Below the pieces are notes generated by a model. That model had not been told where the DNA came from. It was given only the letters and a program-made list of their open reading frames with translations, and did not search any database. This document shows positions 61,295-64,000 of a stretch of 64,000 nt of DNA, piece after piece; position 1 is the first letter of the stretch, and the number at the start of each line of letters is the position of its first letter. The stretch is from Limnochordia bacterium (GTDB taxonomy: Bacteria; Bacillota; Limnochordia; Darwinibacteriales; DTU012). A program made the position numbers and the translations under genes. The stretch spans positions 1,638-65,637 of the forward strand of contig SKJB01000050.1 of the NCBI GenBank assembly GCA_007116145.1, given 5' to 3'.

Positions 61295-63155
61295 GCTCTC
61301 CAGCTCCCTTCAAAAACACTAATAGAACCCCAATATCTGCTGGTGATACCCCTGCAATACGTGCTGCTTGGCCTAATGATATGGGTAGAATGGCTTGTAA
61401 TCGCTCTTTGGCTTCTGTGCGTAATCCAGAAATTGCTTGATAATTCATGTTCACTGGTATACGAATCTCTTCTAACTTTGAAAATTCAGCAACCTGACGT
61501 GCTTGCCTTTCAATATATCCGCAAAATTTACACTCTATTTCTACTTGAGCGATGATATCAGGCTCCAAATCGGGTAGTGTGGTCAATCGATCCAGTTTGT
61601 GAAAGGTTAACTCTGGTCGTTGTAATATCTCGTGAAGGCTAACACTCTTTTTCAAGTCTCCAGATCCTAGGTCTGTGAGAATCTTACGCACCTGTGTGGT
61701 GGGGGAAATTTGCGTTTGCTTTAACCAATCCAATGTTGCGTTGATGCATTTTTGCTTCTCACACAGTGTGCGATACCTTTGTTCATCGACTAATCCTATC
61801 TGGTACCCGATAGCGCGCAAGCGTAAATCTGCATTATCCTGCCGTAGTATTAATCGGTACTCCGCACGTGAAGTCATCATGCGATACGGTTCCTCCGTAC
61901 CCTTGGTAACAAGATCATCAATGAGAACTCCAATATAAGCCTGTGCTCGGCTTAACACTAGACTATTTTGCCCTAAACAACGCTTGGCTGCATTAATGCC
62001 TGCTATTAAACCTTGTGCTGCAGCCTCTTCATAACCGGATGTTCCATTAATCTGGCCTGCTGTAAATAAACCCTCAATAACCTTTGATGCAAGGCTTGAT
62101 TTAATTTGTGAGGGAATAATATAGTCATACTCGACTGCATACCCTGGGCGCATTATCTGTGCCTGCTCAAGACCGGGAATCGAACGCACAATCTGTTCCT
62201 GCACATCTTCGGGCATTCCTGTTGTTAGACCCAGACAATACATCTCTTTTGTGTATCTGCCTTCTGGCTCTACAAAAATCTGATGATTCAACGTATCAGG
62301 AAAACGTAATACCTTTCGGTCGATAGAGGGGCAAAAACGCGGTCCTTTTCCAGCTACCGATCCTGTTTGTATGGGAGATCGATGCAAATTATCTCTAATA
62401 ACTTTAATTGTCTTATCGGTGGTATTCGTCACCCAACAGGGCAATTGCCCTCTTCCATCTGGTAATGTGTCAAAGGAAAAACATAAATTCTGGTCACAAC
62501 CTGGCTGTTTTTCAACCTTCGTGTAATCAATGCTGTCAGCATGAATACGCGGCGGTGTTGCTGTTTGAAATCGTGCCAATTGAATACCATGCCTCTCTAA
62601 ACTTTCGGATAGCTCATCAGAACTAGGTTCACCTTGTCGACCTCCGGGATATCGTACATCACCAATCACTAAGATTCCCCGTAAGAAAGTGCCTGTTGCC
62701 ACGACTACGGTTTTACTGCGAAGACGCATCCCACTCTTTAGTATTACACCACGAATCTCTTGATCCTCTACTAATAGCTCGGTGACGAGTCCTTGCTTAA
62801 TCTCTAGGTTGGATTGGTTCTGTAAGCTTTGGATCATTTCCTGCTGGTACTTTTTCTTATCTGCTTGAGCACGTAGAGCATGAACGGCCGGTCCACGACT
62901 CAAATTTAACATCCGGATATTCAAAAAAGAGTGGTCTATGGTTTTAGCCATTTCTCCACCTAAAGCATCAATTTCTCGCACTAAATGACTTTTGGCCGCT
63001 GGTCCACCAATTGCGGGGTTGCATGACATCTGGGCGATGCTATCTAAATTCATGGTAATCATTAATGTCTTACACCCAAGACGCGCCGAGGCGAGAGCAG
63101 CCTCACATCCAGCATGTCCTGCTCCGATCACGATGACTTGGTACTGGGTATCCAT
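61281..63155 (-). CDS. mnmG: Second full-length MnmG/GidA paralog, adjacent to mnmE
   Basis: FAD motif [17 protein letters not shown], with the same conserved blocks as the other copy and roughly half overall identity. Start set at ATG 63155 (MDTQYQ...); the ORF extends to a TTG at 63182, overlapping the mnmE stop. Confidence 0.85.
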   Translation of the reverse strand: MDTQYQVIVIGAGHAGCEAALASARLGCKTLMITMNLDSIAQMSCNPAIGGPAAKSHLVREIDALGGEMAKTIDHSFLNIRMLNLSRGPAVHALRAQADKKKYQQEMIQSLQNQSNLEIKQGLVTELLVEDQEIRGVILKSGMRLRSKTVVVATGTFLRGILVIGDVRYPGGRQGEPSSDELSESLERHGIQLARFQTATPPRIHADSIDYTKVEKQPGCDQNLCFSFDTLPDGRGQLPCWVTNTTDKTIKVIRDNLHRSPIQTGSVAGKGPRFCPSIDRKVLRFPDTLNHQIFVEPEGRYTKEMYCLGLTTGMPEDVQEQIVRSIPGLEQAQIMRPGYAVEYDYIIPSQIKSSLASKVIEGLFTAGQINGTSGYEEAAAQGLIAGINAAKRCLGQNSLVLSRAQAYIGVLIDDLVTKGTEEPYRMMTSRAEYRLILRQDNADLRLRAIGYQIGLVDEQRYRTLCEKQKCINATLDWLKQTQISPTTQVRKILTDLGSGDLKKSVSLHEILQRPELTFHKLDRLTTLPDLEPDIIAQVEIECKFCGYIERQARQVAEFSKLEEIRIPVNMNYQAISGLRTEAKERLQAILPISLGQAARIAGVSPADIGVLLVFLKGAGEHVSA

Positions 63156-63166
63156 GGAGTCGTCGC

Positions 63167-64000
63167 CTACTTTCCAATGCAAAATTTAGCAAAGATCCTA
63201 TCTACAATATTTTCACGTACTACTTCACCAGTAATTTCACCGAGCTGCTCTAAGGCGCCCTGCAATCCTACTGCAATTAAATCTATCGGGAAACTTGCTT
63301 GCCACGTCTCATAGGCCTGGACAAGATCCTTTTCTGCTTCCACTAGCGCTTGCTTATGGCGACTGCGCGTCACAATAGCCCCTTCTAGCTGTGGCTGCAG
63401 AAATCCGCCCTTTACTAATCCTATAATAGTAGCAATCAGTGGGTCAAGACTCTGTGTGGTTAAAGATATTTCCACAATAGGAGATTGATCCCTAATGGGC
63501 AAGTCCTTACCCGTCCATCGCATAGGCAAATCTACTTTGTTAATAATAATTACACGGGCTGATTTACCCGTCTTCTCTAATAATTGAAAGTCCTCAGCTG
63601 TCAATGGCTGACTACTGTCTAAAACATGTAACACAAGATCGGCCTGCTCTATAACGCTTAAAGCCTTTTTCACTCCAAGCTGTTCCACAACATCATCGGA
63701 TTCACGTATACCAGCTGTATCTAGTAGTCGAAACGGCATACCAGCGAGGTTTAAGACTTCTTCAATCACATCCCGCGTCGTTCCTGGAATATCTGTAACC
63801 AACGCGCGATTTTCGTTCAATAAGCGGTTTAATAAGCTCGATTTTCCGACATTCGGCTTACCGCTAATCACTGTTTTTAACCCTTCGCGCAATACCTTAC
63901 CATCACTAGCAGTGGCAATCAGTTGTCGGATATCTGCAATAGTCTTCGCTAATATCTCCCCCATTTCCTGCGATTCTACCTCAGGAATATCATCTTCGGG
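63167..64000 (-). CDS. mnmE: tRNA modification GTPase MnmE (TrmE), C-terminal ~275 aa; gene continues beyond window end
   Basis: G-domain motifs [12 protein letters not shown] and DTAGIRE, and C-terminal CIGK. The open frame continues without a stop to position 64000. Confidence 0.9.
   Translation of the reverse strand, partial: PEDDIPEVESQEMGEILAKTIADIRQLIATASDGKVLREGLKTVISGKPNVGKSSLLNRLLNENRALVTDIPGTTRDVIEEVLNLAGMPFRLLDTAGIRESDDVVEQLGVKKALSVIEQADLVLHVLDSSQPLTAEDFQLLEKTGKSARVIIINKVDLPMRWTGKDLPIRDQSPIVEISLTTQSLDPLIATIIGLVKGGFLQPQLEGAIVTRSRHKQALVEAEKDLVQAYETWQASFPIDLIAVGLQGALEQLGEITGEVVRENIVDRIFAKFCIGK

Overview
This window is the conserved origin-proximal, leading-strand region of an endospore-forming Firmicute chromosome (Clostridia-like gene order). 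Almost every gene is on the minus strand.

Reading right to left, the synteny is mnmE, two tandem mnmG genes, rsmG, noc, soj and spo0J. Then come a ParA-like ATPase with an N-terminal extra domain, yyaC, a YkvI/YyaD-type membrane protein, and the glycine-cleavage operon gcvT-gcvH-gcvPA-gcvPB. After that follow a PrsA-like PPIase, a DUF951 protein, an internally duplicated double-P-loop ATPase, ychF, rpsF, ssb, rpsR, yybS and rplI. A LonC-like protease, aroE, ridA, ddl, an ABC-F ATPase, a DnaD-domain protein and the replicative helicase dnaB continue the run. Next are rsmA (ksgA), veg, spore coat and cortex candidates (DUF3794/LysM and PG-binding/LysM/GH18-like), ispE, tRNA-Gln, glmU, prs, ctc and pth. 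The last part of the minus-strand run holds mfd, spoVT, spoVB, mazG, hbs, spoIID, yabP, yabQ, divIC, an S1-domain protein, DUF501, ppx and tRNA-Leu.

The left end breaks this pattern. It holds a rhodanese / YueI-like / DUF362-ferredoxin operon. Two large lagging-strand sensory genes sit next to it (CheB-CheR-PAS fusion and PAS-GGDEF-HD-GYP), followed by an ABC-F ATPase and an ABC transporter ATPase with a truncated permease.

No CRISPR array, transposase, integrase, rRNA or recognisable defence system is present. I could not find a single clear previously undescribed system. The features worth a second look are listed as findings:
- two tandem full-length mnmG paralogs
- a third ParA/MinD-family ATPase fused to an N-terminal domain, encoded after parAB and ending in a 42-bp perfect palindrome built around a parS site
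- a second identical, symmetric parS variant inside spo0J
- a perfect Noc-binding-site consensus at the rsmA 5' end
- the overlapping CheBR-PAS / GGDEF-HD-GYP pair
- a roughly 420-nt gcvT leader with no recognisable glycine-riboswitch core
- absence of gdpP between yybS and rplI
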